From Octopus vulgaris (lineage: Eukaryota), in NCBI GenBank assembly GCA_951406725.2, contig OX597828.1, forward strand, positions 58,776,001-58,840,000: a stretch of DNA of 64,000 nt, read 5' to 3'. A model generated the notes under the pieces. That model had not been told where the DNA came from. It made no database searches and worked only from the letters and a program-made list of their open reading frames with translations. Every line of letters begins with the position of its first letter. Positions within the stretch are counted from its first letter, which is position 1. A program made the position numbers and the translations under genes. Shown piece after piece: positions 1 to 13,700 of this stretch.

Positions 1-126
1 GACCATGCTGGGGCACTACCTTGGAGGCTTTTTTAGTTGAGCAAATCAATCTGAGGACTTATTTTTTTAAGCCTAGTACTTATTCTATTGGTCCCTTTTA
101 TGGGGACATAAACAGACCAACACATA

Positions 127-499
127 GGCGCAGGAGTGGCTGTGTGGTAAGTAGTTTGCTAACCAACCACATGGTTCCGGGTTCAGTCCCACTGCGTGGC
201 ATCTTGGGCAAGTGTCTTCTGCTATAGCCCCGGGCCGACCAATGCCTTGTGAGTGGATTTGGTAGACGGAAACTGAAAGAAGCCTGTCGTATATATGTAT
301 ATATATATAAGTGTGTGTGTCCCCCTAGCATTGCTTGACAACTGATGCTGGTGTGTTTACGTCCCCGTCACTTAGCGGTTCGGCAAAAGAGACCGATAGA
401 ATAAGTACTGGGCTTACAAAGAATAAGTCCCGGGGTCGATTTGCTCGACTAAAGGCGGTGCTCCAGTCAAATGACTGAAACAAGTAAAAGAGTAAAGAG
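127..499 (+). mobile_element. tRNA-derived CORE-type SINE (octopus OR-like family), nested in an opposite-strand copy of the same family
   Basis: A-box-like TGGCTGTGTGG, B-box-like GGTTCAGTCCC, CORE-like CTTGGGCAAGT, tail GACTGAAACAAGTAAAAGAGT. Flanks 1-125 and 500-541 are pieces of a minus-strand copy. Confidence 0.8.
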
Positions 500-543
500 T
501 TGTCAAGCAGTGATAAGGGGACAAACACAGACACAAACTCATA

Positions 544-1821
544 CGAGGGGCGTTCAATAAGTAATGCCCCTGACCCACTTCCCATAGCAGTAGAGCAACG
601 AAACTTGGAACAGTTATTAGTCTTTTTCTACATAAGAACCACCCAGAGTTATGCATTTCTCCCATCGTTTGATGCAGCTCTTAAGACCGTTTTTGTAGAA
701 GACCCCAGCTTGTTCCTCCAACCTGAACGTGACTTCAGAAATCAAGGCTGCATCATCTGGGAAACGCTTTCCTTTCAAAAGCAACTTCATGGCTGGGAAG
801 AGGTGAAAATCAGAGGGTGCAAGGTCAGGAGAGTAGGGGGGTGGGGGAGGAGTTCATAGCCGCACACCTGTGCTTCTGATCTGGCGACACGCGAGTTGTG
901 AACCGGAGCGTTGTCCTGCAGGAGGAGGATGCCTTTGCTGATCTTGCCCTGCCTCTTGATTTTGATAGCTTCTCTTAATTTCCTCAAAAGTGAAGCATAA
1001 TAGACTCCTGTAATTGTGGCACCCTTTGCCAGGAAATCTGTCTTCACTACTCCGTCCTGATCCCAGAAGACTGTAAGCATGACCTTGCCAGCGGAGGGCT
1101 GCACCCTTGCCTTTTTTAGAGGAGGTGAGTCATGGTGCTTCCACTGCATTGACTGGGCTTTACTGACTGGACCCAGGTTTTATCCTATGCAATCAGTCTT
1201 TTGAAAAATTTTGACTCATCTTCTTGGCACATCTCCAAATTCATCCTCGAGCAATCGACGCGTTCTTGCTTCTGGAAAGGTGTGAGCAGCCTGGGAATCC
1301 ATCTGGCAGACACCTTTTGCATATGCAAATGGTCATGAATGATAGTTTCCACAGACCCGGTACTAATCTTGACCTCATGGGCTATTTGGCGAATAGTTAT
1401 GCATCAATCTTCCAAAATGGCAGCCTCAACTTGACGGACAGACATCTCATCAACGGCAGAAGGGGGCGACCAGATCTGGGAGCTGTTTCCACAGAGTTCC
1501 GACCATGTTTGAATTCATGATGCCAGCGTTTTACAAGGTCATATGATGGGGCATCATCACCATAAGTTACTTTCATTTCATCAAAAGTCTCCCGTGGTGT
1601 GCGTCCTTTCAAATACAAAAACCGGATCACTGCTCGACACTCAACTGGCTCCATTTCACACTTGGCTCAGTTCAAACACCTGTAAATCAGAAACTACAAT
1701 TAGTTCAGAGCTGTAATTTGCCACTTAATCTATAGAGATATAGATAATTGCACATGCAAAATTTCAGCTAGATCAAACAACTGCAAGTGGGTCAGAGGCA
1801 TTACTTATTGAACGCCCCTCG
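544..1821 (-). mobile_element. Full-length mariner (DD34D) transposon, 1278 bp
   Basis: TIRs CGAGGGGCGTTCAATAAGTAATGCC at 544 and its reverse complement ending at 1821; TA target duplications at 542-543 and 1822-1823. Confidence 0.95.
617..1654 (-). pseudogene. Mariner transposase, frameshifted
   Basis: MEPVECRAVIRFL HTH start, WIPRLL, KVMLTVFWD, QDNAPVH, PDLAPSDFHLF-like segment, RWEKCITLGGSYVEKD*; broken by frameshifts, a stop and a small deletion. Confidence 0.9.
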
Positions 1822-3603
1822 TAGATATACACATATCCATCTATATATAATTGTTCAAGAGGAAAACAAACGTTAAGGCGAGGAAAATATTTCAAATCAT
1901 ATACAGTGTTATTATTGGAAAAAATTCAGTCCTACAGCTGTTTCTAGGATAAAGAAAGCCATTGTGAGGCAGTAACCTCTTACACAACTCAAAAAAATCA
2001 ATAATACCCTACAAATGAGGCACCAAGCCTCTTAATATCCTTCGGTTCTTCTTTTTAAACTTCTTGATAAAGTTCTCCATTGTTCCTCCCTTATGGAAGA
2101 GGACTACAAACTCCTCCTCCACAGCATGGGAGGGATCTACAGTTTCTACTTTCGGTGGCATAATTCCCACAGAAGGTACTTCGGGACACGCCAACAGTGT
2201 ATCACAAACCGCTGGCAATGTCCCATTTTACTTATTTGCCTTGAGCCACGGGAGGGTGGTGTTCCTCTGCTTTGTCCAGCAGATCCTCCCTTCTTCCTGC
2301 AGCCTTCGGATCCTTCTGTGGGCAACCATTGTTGCCCACCTTTCATTTTTTCCCTTTTTTCTAGGAGGTTTCCAAGCTTCTTACCACACAACCATGCCTG
2401 CACCTATAAAATTATTTGGTTTCACCAATTCTGCAAATTCAGAGGCAGGTATAATTTTCTACTGAAGACTTATTGTCCACAGACAGCTCACTACTATGTG
2501 ACATCGAGGGTACTGTAGAGCAGTTATTCACCCCCGCTCCACATATCTGTAACATGATTCTACAAGTGTAACATGTAACTATGAGATGATGATATAAATG
2601 ATAAGCAAAGTTGAAAGAAAATATAACTGAAATAATTTTATTCTAGTTTTGCAGAAATATCAGACAATTGTTAGATATAAGAGAAATAATGGTCCTGAAA
2701 TAGAAAAACATGGAATAATAACTGATGTAAAGTATTTTCTGATTTCATCAATGTGAGTTCAATACCTGAAATGAGAAAGAAAAGTTTATTTAATAAAAGA
2801 CAAAATACTCTGTTAACACTTTGCAACACAATGTTTTGTCCATGGGGAGCAACTGTTATTTCCTATTTGCTGACCCCTGGAAAGTATGAGAAATGGCTAA
2901 CATTTCCTTCAAACATTGCTTTTGTTACCTTTATTCAAATCCCAAAGAATCCCTTTCAACACATGGCTATTGTTCCCCCACTACCCCTGCTCATGATTAG
3001 AGATGCACATGTTGTCAGCTGCTAAGGGACATTGCCCAAGTGGTTAAGGTCAAGCAAATGACAAGCAGATCTGTGGTATGGAGCAGAATATTTGCTATAA
3101 TGATATTTCTGCCACAGAACCTCAGTACTGAATCTGTCTGAAATGTAATGGAAAATAGGTCAGTTTCAAAATATTGGTGTCCAGGTCACAAAATCAAAGT
3201 TTGATGGGAACAGTAGGCATTTTCTTTGATTTCTAGATAATAGCAAATATGAAATAATATTTACTGACCAAAGACAAAAAAAAATCTTGTTATACAATGT
3301 TACACTATTTAAACAGTCCTGTAAGTATTGAGGACTGTTTAAATAATGTGTTGTTAGTTTAATAAGGATTAACAGAAGTTTTAATACGACCATAAGAAAA
3401 CATTGTGAAACCACTTCAGAAAAATGATGGTGTTCTCTTAAAGTTGATATCCCAGAAAAATTTACAGAAAAATAAGTAGATGGATTGTAAAATTTTAGAA
3501 AACTTTTATCAGAAAATAGCAGTCATATGCTGGGATTAACAATCTAGCAGTAAAGATACCTTTGACCAAATATTTCTCAGATAATGAAAAACTCAACTTA
3601 CAT

Positions 3604-3657
3604 TTAGGCTGTAACACTTGGTCCATAGTTTCTCACAAGACGGTCAAATTCATTCTC
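3604..3657 (-). CDS. COPE: COPE exon 10, terminal coding part ([17 protein letters not shown])
   Basis: CAG acceptor, TAA stop at 3606-3604. Confidence 0.93.
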   Translation of the reverse strand, partial: ENEFDRLVRNYGPSVTA

Positions 3658-4746
3658 CTGTAAATAATAAACATTTTCATAGATGATTCAACCCCAGAGT
3701 TAATGAAAACAAAACGGAACATTTTGTGGTTTTGGGTTCAATTCCATAGTATGGTAGGGTTTATGTGTTTTCCTAAAGCCTCAGGCTCACCAAAGACTTG
3801 AGAGTGAAATTGGTAGATAGGAACTTTATAAAAGCCAGTTGTATATGCATCATCATCCTCCTCCTCACTTTAATGCCCACTTTTCCATGCTTCCAAGGTT
3901 TGGGCAGAGTTTATCAAAGCAGATTTTCTGCAGCCAAATACCAACTCTCAGCATGTCCTCATATAGAATATGAATGACATTGCTTGTATGTCAGTGACAC
4001 ACATTTACAACTATCACACAAAGGCCAGACAATGAGACACAAATACACTTACACACGTGGTAAAAAGTTTCTTTCTCAACCACATGGTCTTGGGTTCAGT
4101 CCCACAGCTGTTTAACTGGAATTTATGAAGCCGTGTAGAGTTTAACCCTTTAGCATTCAGATCACTGTCAGATATAATGCTTATTTATTCGTAATGTTTT
4201 GAATCAATTATGCATTATCTTGCAGCCACGAGATTTTCATGATGTAGTTATTTAGTTTAGAATGACATGGTAGGACAGTGTGAGAGACCAGATCCGCCCA
4301 TTTTGAATATAAAAGGTAGAGTATTTGGGTAGGAAATGCCAAACAGTTGATGTGCATGATTTTGCTGATAATGTTTACAAAATACCTACCTTGTGTAAAT
4401 AATCTACAACAAAAGGGTGGTTTTTATGCGAGTCCTTCAATTGAGAGATATATCTGTTACCGACCTGAAATAGATACAATACATATGATGAGGGTAGACA
4501 TATAAAAACGTTCTGGTCTAAATTAATAAGAAATAAGTTATTTTAAACATTTTTGTGTTAATATGTTTATAAAGGATTATGAAAATATATTTAGTTGCAC
4601 AATGATAGTTTATGAGGCAGTTTGACTTCAACTGTGCATCTAAAGGAAAATGCAATATGTTACCAGCAGCAGTAGAAAATCGGTCATTAGTCATTAAGCT
4701 AAGAACAATCGAAATAGTTCTTTCTAGAATGAAAGATGCTCGCTCG

Positions 4747-4783
<37 letters not shown>

Positions 4784-7700
4784 CACACACATATACATAT
4801 ACATATATATATAGTAAGAGTTTATAAAAGGTGGCGAGCTGGCAGACACGTTAGCGCGCCGGGCGAAATGCTTAGCGGTATTTCGTCTGCCGCTACGTTC
4901 TGAGTTCAAATTCCGCCGAGGTCAACTTTGCCTTTTATCCTTTCGGGGTCAAATAAGTACCAGTTACACACTGGGGTCGATATAATTGACTTAATCCGTT
5001 TGTCTGTCCTTGTATGTTCCCTTTGTGTGTAGCCCCTTGTGGGCAGTAAAGTTTATAAAAGAAGCCTCAACATTCCTCTAGTTCTGTGGAAGCAAAGAAA
5101 TTGTTTCGCTAGATTGGAATAAATTTGGTTTGTAAAGTAAACTAAAATATTTTCATTTTTTAAGTACATTGGAAACTGGTTAGAACAACTTATGCTATAA
5201 GATAATCTTTGATGTATATATTTTGATTTTTGTTTTAAGGACAAGATATTTGAAAATGGACATCATATTTCTCCCCTTTTTTTCCAAGTAATTTAGTGGT
5301 TCATTAGTTCTGCAAGAAAGTAAAAAAAATATCTTTCAAAACTCCAGTCAGAGTAACCACAAAATTAGTAAATTTCTTTGATTTGAATTGTACTAACAAC
5401 ATTTTCTTTCACACTTAATGGAATAGTTTTAATAAAGTGTAGAAACACTGCCAGATCTGACTGGAGCCTGGTGCAGCCTCCTGGCTTCCCAGACCCCGGT
5501 CGAACTGTCCAACCCATGCCAGCATGGAAAACGGACGTTAAACGATGATGAGGATTGATTGGATAGTAGTACATTGCATCAAGCAATTTGGAACCCTGTC
5601 GGGTAGAGAGATCTTCATAAACAGGCAACTAGAGAACATTCAATAAATGATGCTGGCAGTGAAAAACAGATACTAAAATTATGACAAAACGATAATAATT
5701 AATGTGCCAAATTAGGGTTAGGGTTGAAAATTAGAAACTAGCTTAACGATTATAACAATTAAGAACATTTTGCTTTCTATAAAAGAATGTTTACTTACTT
5801 CTGGTGCTTTACCCAAATGTTGTGAAAGGACAATCATATTCACCAGCGTCTCTGGATTGTTGCTATCCTATAATATGGAAAGATGCAATTCATGTTACCA
5901 AATATTTATAAATTATAGTATGATATTCATTAATAAACTAATAAGCTAAAAGCTTGTGTGTATACATGTGTAACACACACACACACCTCATAGCACACAC
6001 AGAAAAACAAATATTTTATTTTTACAGCTCAATTTGTTGGTATAATGAGTAGTTAACCAATAGCTTGATTGAATAAATAAGCCTTTTGTTTACATATGCC
6101 ACAAATGGCGTCAGTGCTAGAGTGTGATCATTGACTGACTGGCTAACCGGCTTCTGTGCCAGTGGCACTTAAAAGGCACCATTCGAGCGTGATTGTTACC
6201 AGCGGCACACTACTGGCACTCGAGCCCCGTGCTAGTAGAGTATTAAGAGCACCATCTGAGCGTGATTGTTGCCAGAGTGGCCAACTGGCCTCCGTGCCGG
6301 TGGCACATAAAAAACACCATTCGAGCATGATCGTTACCAGCATCGCCTTACTGGTACCTGCGCCGGTGGCGTTTGTAAAAGATTCAAGCGAGGTCATTGC
6401 CAGTGCCGTCTGACTGGCCCCGTGCTGGTGGCACGTAAAAGCACCCACTACACTCTCGGAGTGGTTGGCGTTAGGAAGGGCATCCACCTGTAGAAACTCT
6501 GCCAGATCAAGATTGAAGCCTGGTGCAGCCATCTGGTTCGCCATCCCTCAGTCATACGTCCAACCCATGCTAGCATGGAAAGCGGATGTTAAACGATGAT
6601 GATGATGATGATGATGACATACACACAAGGTAGTTGTGAACAGTGAGAATGAGCGCTAACACTGCAATTGGAGGATAAATATTCTGATCCCTTTATAGGA
6701 TTTATAAAGTACAAACCGTGTGATGCCAGCTGTGTTACTTTTGTACACAAGTTTGAATTCAAGGACGAGTTCCCATGAACAAATAAAGAACATTTTTACT
6801 GCTGTTAAGCATATTATTTATATATGTCAACGTTATATTTATTACATCTTAATTTAATCAAACTGGGAAGGTGGTGAGTTGGCCAAGAAACCATGATCGA
6901 GATTTCACAGTTTACCCAGAAATGACATTGCTATAAGCAGTAATGATATATTTCTCAAAAATATTTTTAACTCTATGAACCAGACAATGTAGAAGGCCTT
7001 TTGTTTGTTTTTTATTGAAACAAGTAAGAAACAAGTAAAGAGATTTATTGTATTGCTCACTTTGTCCATCGCCTCATGAAGCAGTGACTCAGCGTCTTCA
7101 AAGTGTCCCTGCGCCATGCAGCAAGCAGCTTGACCATTCAATAAAAGTGGAGTGGCTGCATGTTTGTCCGCTTGCTCTTGGAAGATGTAGTAAGCGTCTT
7201 GATATTTTTCTCCACCCTAAGAAAGACAAGTAAATTTGAAGATACTGGTTCGAGAGAGTGAAATGGTGGGTGAGGATATGGTAAGTTTTTATAATACAGA
7301 CCTTAGGCTTTGCTTTCTCTCTCTCTCTAAATTAGAATGTGTCTGATTTCTAATGTCTTTTAGGCAAAACAAATGATGATTGATCTTGGTCAGTGAACCT
7401 TAGTGAAATAATTCTCAGTTTAGGTGTGACTACATTGTATTAAAAAATCTAAAACTAGAATATACAGGGTGTCCACAAAGTTTGGCTACATGGGGTAAAT
7501 AAAATCATAACATAAAGAATTAAATATAAGAAATAATAATTTCTTAAAGTATGTGTTAATCCCCATCTTTGTGGACACCCTGAATATAAATACATTTTCA
7601 GAACCAACCAAATCTTGTGGCATCAACAGACATTGGAAACATTTTACAATAGTATATAGTCAAGAATTTTCCTTCATAATTACAAGGTCCTGGGTCTGAT

Positions 7701-10700
7701 CCTAAAGTATGCTATCTTGGGCAAATGTCTTTTGCTGTGGCCTCAAGCCTCACTAGTGAAATCATTGAGATGGAAAATATATGGAAGCCTGTTGGAGGGA
7801 CTCTAGCAATAATTTAAAGGTCTTGCTATATCACATTGATTTCTCCTGATAACTAGATTAGGGGTATCTTTGCCTGTGGTATACTCAGTCACTTGACATG
7901 CTAATTCAATAAGCAGATAGAAATCAATTACTCATCACTTATTGATAGTTAATGCCATTGACATCGTATGACAACTTGACGGAGTGAGTAGTCATTTACA
8001 ACAAACTGATTAGTTTACTTTGAGTTTAAGTAAACCATGGTGAACAAGCAAACTTTTTAAACAAATAACTAGGATTTTAAATATCAGCAATATTTGAAAA
8101 TGCAGAATGAAAGCCTTAGGAAATCAATCAATTTACTCACCACGGCTAAATTAAACCAAGCCAATGCTAACTGGGTCAAAATACTATCTTCATCAGCGTC
8201 TTGCATTTTCTTCAGCTCTTTTCTGAAATGAAGATCAAATCCTCTCATTTTTGTCAAAGAAAGAAAAAACAAAAAAGCAGTCAATATAGGTTAAAACTCG
8301 TCTAGCCCATTAGCATTTAAACTGGCCATATCAGGTGAAAATGTTCCACCTGTTTTATGTTCAAACTAAGCAGATCTGGCCTCTCACACCTAACCAACAA
8401 TGTCATTGTCAACATAATCACATCACTGAAATCTTGAAGCTACAAGATAATGCATTCAAAACAATGTGAATAAATAAGCAGAGAACATTTGACAGAGAAG
8501 TAATCTGAATGCTGAAGGGTGGGAGTAGTCCTTAGGTGTCTGGATTATAAGTAATAATATATTATCTAGCAGAACACTATGTTTAACTATACAAGTTGCT
8601 TCAAGTGGAAAATGCTACAAATCTTCTGCTCAGTTTGCTGTAGATTATTTTGTAGATAGAAGACACTACAGATATGTAAATGTATATTTGTAAGAGGAAG
8701 ACTGAAAATTGTAAGAACTAAACACTAAAGATTTTGAAATTTGTTTCTCACCAACTAGAAACGCATTTCTAAATTTAGATTTTTATCAGTGCCTCTTTGT
8801 AATCGACAAAAGTCTTCCTTAATTTGTTAATTATTTCCTTAATTATTTATTAAATTTAAAAAATGCTTTTTTTTCCAATTTGTATAGTTTTTTTGTCCAC
8901 TTTTCTTTCTTTTTAGAAATCTGTGACAAAACACTTGCATCAAAACAACATTAAACTGTCACATTATTGCATTTTAATTAGATTGTTTATAATATAATGC
9001 AAAATTATATTATAATTTTACATTTATCATAAGAGATGCAAAAAACAAGTGGGATTCTATGTTCCCTGGAATAGTGGTAGATTAACTAAAATTGAATGTA
9101 AAGAACGGAATTTAATCCTTCAGATCCGGATTGGGAAACTGAACTCTTCTTTTCTTCATTCTTTTTAATTTCCCATAAAAGCTTGGCAACAAAACTAGCT
9201 GCACCATTCAGTCCTCTTCTTTTATTACTTAGTCTGAGAAAGAGGAGGAGGAGGAGGAACAGGACAGTATTCTAAGGCTTTTAGAAAAAATATTGGATAA
9301 TCACAGGTGCAGGCTTGGTTGTGAGGTAAGAAGTTTGCTTCCCAGTTAATTTAAATTATAAACTTACTTGAATTACATTCCTTCGGTATTGTTACGTCAT
9401 CCCATAAATAATGCGGTTTTTTTCAATTGCATGAATTAAAAGTTAGAGGGAGACGGGATAAACTACTTACATCAACTTGCTATAAAAGCAGGTAGTAATT
9501 TTAACTTGGTCTTATTCTTAGTGCATGTTTTGAAGAGTGCAATTTGATTTTAACAGTTATTTTTTTCAAAGCTATGATGGAAGTGACAAAGGAGCATATT
9601 TGGCATATTTTGCTTTATGAGTTCAATAAAGGCAACAATGCAACGGAAAGTGCGAGGAATATTAGTGCAGTATATGAGGATTGGACAATAAGCGTAAACC
9701 AGTGTCAACAGTGATTTCAGAAATTCCAAACCGGAAACTACAGCCTAGAAGATGAGCCTTGTCCTGGAAGATCTGTAGAGCTGGATGAGGACGTCCTGCA
9801 AAGCCTGGTGGAAGAAAATCTCATTGTAACTGTTGTGGAACTCGCAGAGAAGCTTGGATTTGGTCATTCAAGTCAGTGCTAGGAGAAAAACGACCACCTT
9901 TGGTTTCAAGATGAAAGGTATTCTTCCATCGAGATAATGCTCGGCCACATACAGTGAGGATGACATTCCCAAGGCTGGAGCAGTTTAAATGGGAAATGAT
10001 GCCCCACCTCACCATATTCGCCAGACACTGCCCCATTTGATTATCATTTATTCCGCAGTTTGGATTAAAAGAGAACTTTGAAAAGTAAATTCATTTATGG
10101 GATGACCCAACCTCTATGACAGCATATTGTCAAATTTTCAACAAACAGTAATCAAAATATACAAACATATTAAATACACTAAATTATCAGATAAATTGAA
10201 GGTAAAATTGAAGACTTACTTTGCAAGATCAACTCTATCAAGTCGCAATAACAGCTGAACAGACAAAGCAATGCTAGAAATAGATACACAAAGTAAAGAA
10301 ATCGAAATAATTCAAACAATCATGTGAAGACAGGCTCACTTTCAGTCACAAATGATCTGATACTCTAAGGTTATTCTATGAGAATAGATACTTAGGAAAT
10401 TTCCATTTACACATTCTGGGACAAAAACGTATTGCTGCTTTACTTACATGTGTAGGGGTTACAGTTATATATTTTCTGATAGTTTTTATATAATAAACAT
10501 TTAAGTAGATGGTCTGAAAACTGGACAAACAGGTCTCTCCTCAAGTTACGGTGATAAAAAAAAAAAGCATGAGAAATAAAATGGTAATAAATGGTGACTG
10601 GTTTTTAGAATTCAAAATCAAAGGCACCTCTTTCTCTCCCTCTATCATATTTTAGCTTTGCATTATCTGTATATATATAAAGCAGGATGTGTGTGTGTGT

Positions 10701-13700
10701 GTATACGTGATTGCAATTTATGCACGTCCACAAATTAGCACGCATGTCGCTCCAATTTTAGGAGGACATTTGTCAACATCCCTTCTGGGTTTTGTCAACT
10801 TATTTTTTTCCCGAGGCACCTGCGGATACAGGTAAAAATCTATTTTCAGACATAGCTTTTACTTATTTTGAAGGTTGCTAACATGGCCGGGTTATACTGC
10901 TAGTCTAGCATAAAGCTTCCTTTGATGCTACACTCAACTCAGTTGAGTGGAGGACTTGTGAGTTATTTGGCAACCTCACTAGTGCCATGTAAAAAGCACC
11001 AATAGACTTTGTAAAGTGGTTTGTATTAAGCAGAGCATCCAGCTGTAGAAACTATGTCAAAGCAGATACTGGAGTTTAGTGCAGTCCTCTGGTTCACCAG
11101 GTCCTGTTGAACAGTTCAACCCACACCAGGAAAGAAAACAGACAGTAAATAAAGATGATGATGATGGTAAATTTTATTATAGTAAGATCAGAACTAGGTT
11201 ACAATTAATAGATATTTAGAAGATATTAGATATGCTAGGTTAAGTCTTTGTTTTTGTAGAAGTTAAAACATTAGAACATTCTTCTTTAAAAATATCTTTA
11301 TGAACATCTTTATAGTAAACGAGCAAAACGCCCCCCCCCCGTCCAATGGATGGTGCTGAATTGTCAAACATTTAAACCAAATTTTCTCAAAACAACTTGT
11401 CTGACTGTCCCATAGGCCTCCCCTTTGAGAAACATTGATTTAACCTAAATTTGAGACACCAAACAGGCTGGGTTTTTTTGCACAATCTGCACATGCATTT
11501 TTCTCGTGTACGTGTAGTATCGAGCACAACAGCTGATGTACTTGCACGTTCCCACGGCTTTATCGATCGCATTCTAACTGGGAATCGATTTTTGTAGTTT
11601 TTTCAAGACTTATACATGCCCTGAAACCGTCGGTATCTACATATCAAATTTGAGTGCAATCGGATGGAGGATACCCGAGATCCTAGAAGACAGACAGACA
11701 ACGAATTTTATATAATAGATGACCTTTCTCTGTAAACTTTAGACATATAAAATCAATGTTTCAACAATGAAAAGAAACTTCTATCCCAGAAATGCTGAAG
11801 ATATAATGTTAAAAAAAGCAAAAAAAAAAAACTAGTTCCTATTCACTCATACAATTACTTCTGATTCTGCTGGTATTTTTACAGCTGAATGCTATTTTGC
11901 TACCCACACAAAAGAAAGTTACCAGTTTTCATCAAAATGGCTTGGGGAATTGAGTTAATGTAGCCATATTACATATTTACACCTAAATAGACTCTGCCAG
12001 CAAGTGCTTTCGCTATAGACATAGACTCTGCCAGCAAGTGCTTTCGCTATAGACATAGACTCTGCCAGCAAGTGCTTTCGCTATAGACATAGACTCTGCC
12101 AGCAAGTGCTTTCGCTATAGACATAGACTCTGCCAGCAAGTGCTTTGGCTATAGACATATACTCTGCCAGCAAGTGCTTTCGCTATAGACATAGACTCTG
12201 CCAGCAAGTGCTTTCGCTATAGACATATACTCTGCCAGCAAGTGCTTTCGCTATAGACATAGACTCTACCAGCAAGTGCTTTCGCTATAGGCATAGACTC
12301 TGCCAGCAAGTGCTTTCGCTATAGACATATACTCTGCCAGCAAGTGCTTTCGCTATAGACATAGACTCTGCCAGCAAGTGCTTTCGCTATAGACATAGAC
12401 TCTGCCAGCAAGTGCTTTCGCTATAGACATATACTCTGCCAGCAAGTGCTTTCGCTATAGACATAGACTCTACCAGCAAGTGCTTTCGCTATAGACATAG
12501 ACTCTGCCAGCAAGTGCTTTCGCTATAGACATAGACTCTGCCAGCAAGTGCTTTCGCTATAGACATAGACTCTGCCAGCAAGTGCTTTCGCTATAGACAT
12601 AGACTCTGCCAGCAAGTGCTTTCGCTATAGACATAGACTCTGCCAGCAAGTGCTTTCGCTATAGACATAGACTCTGCCAGCAAGTGATTTTGCTATAGAC
12701 ATAGACTCTGCCAGCAAGTGCTTTCGCTATAGACATAGACTCTGCCAGCAAGTGCTTTGGCTATAGACATATACTCTGCCAGAAAGTGCTTTGGCTATAG
12801 ACATGGACTCTACCAGCAAGTGCTTTCGCTATAGACATAGACTCTGCCAGCAAGTGCTTTCGCTATAGACATATACTCTGCCAGCAAGTGCTTTGGCTAT
12901 AGACATATACTCTGCCAGCAAGTGCTTTCGCTATAGACATATACTCTGCCAGCAAGTGCTTTGGCTATAGACATAGACTCTGCCAGCAAGTGCTTTGGCT
13001 ATAGACATAGACTCTGCCAGCAAGTGCTTTGGCTATAGACATATACTCTGCCAGCAAGTGCTTTGGCTATAGACATAGACTCTGCCAGCAAGTGCTTTCG
13101 CTATAGACATAGACTCTACCAGCAAGTGCTTTCGCTATAGACATAGACTCTGCCAGCAAGTGCTTTCGCTATAGACATATACTCTGCCAGCAAGTGCTTT
13201 GGCTATAGACATATACTCTGCCAGCAAGTGCTTTCGCTATAGACATAGACTCTGCCAGCAAGTGCTTTGGCTATAGACATATACTCTGCCAGCAAGTGCT
13301 TTCGCTATAGACATAGACTCTGCCAGCAAGTGCTTTCGCTATAGACATAGACTCTGCCAGCAAGTGCTTTCGCTATAGACATAGACTCTGCCAGCAAGTG
13401 CTTTCGCTATAGACATAGACTCTGCCAGCAAGTGCTTTCGCTATAGACATAGACTCTGCCAGCAAGTGCTTTCGCTATAGACATAGACTCTGCCAGCAAG
13501 TGCTTTTGCTATAGACATAGACTCTGCCAGCAAGTGCTTTCGCTATAGACATAGACTCTGCCAGCAAGTGCTTTGGCTATAGACATATACTCTGCCAGCA
13601 AGTGCTTTCGCTATAGACATAGACTCTGCCAGCAAGTGCTTTCGCTATAGACATAGACTCTGCCAGCAAGTGCTTTCGCTATAGACATAGACTCTGCCAG

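Noticed and set aside
2009-2375. Coding-like purine-rich segment downstream of COPE on the minus strand
   Set aside because: No recognisable domain or splice structure; it follows a SINE head fragment and is probably a retroelement scrap.
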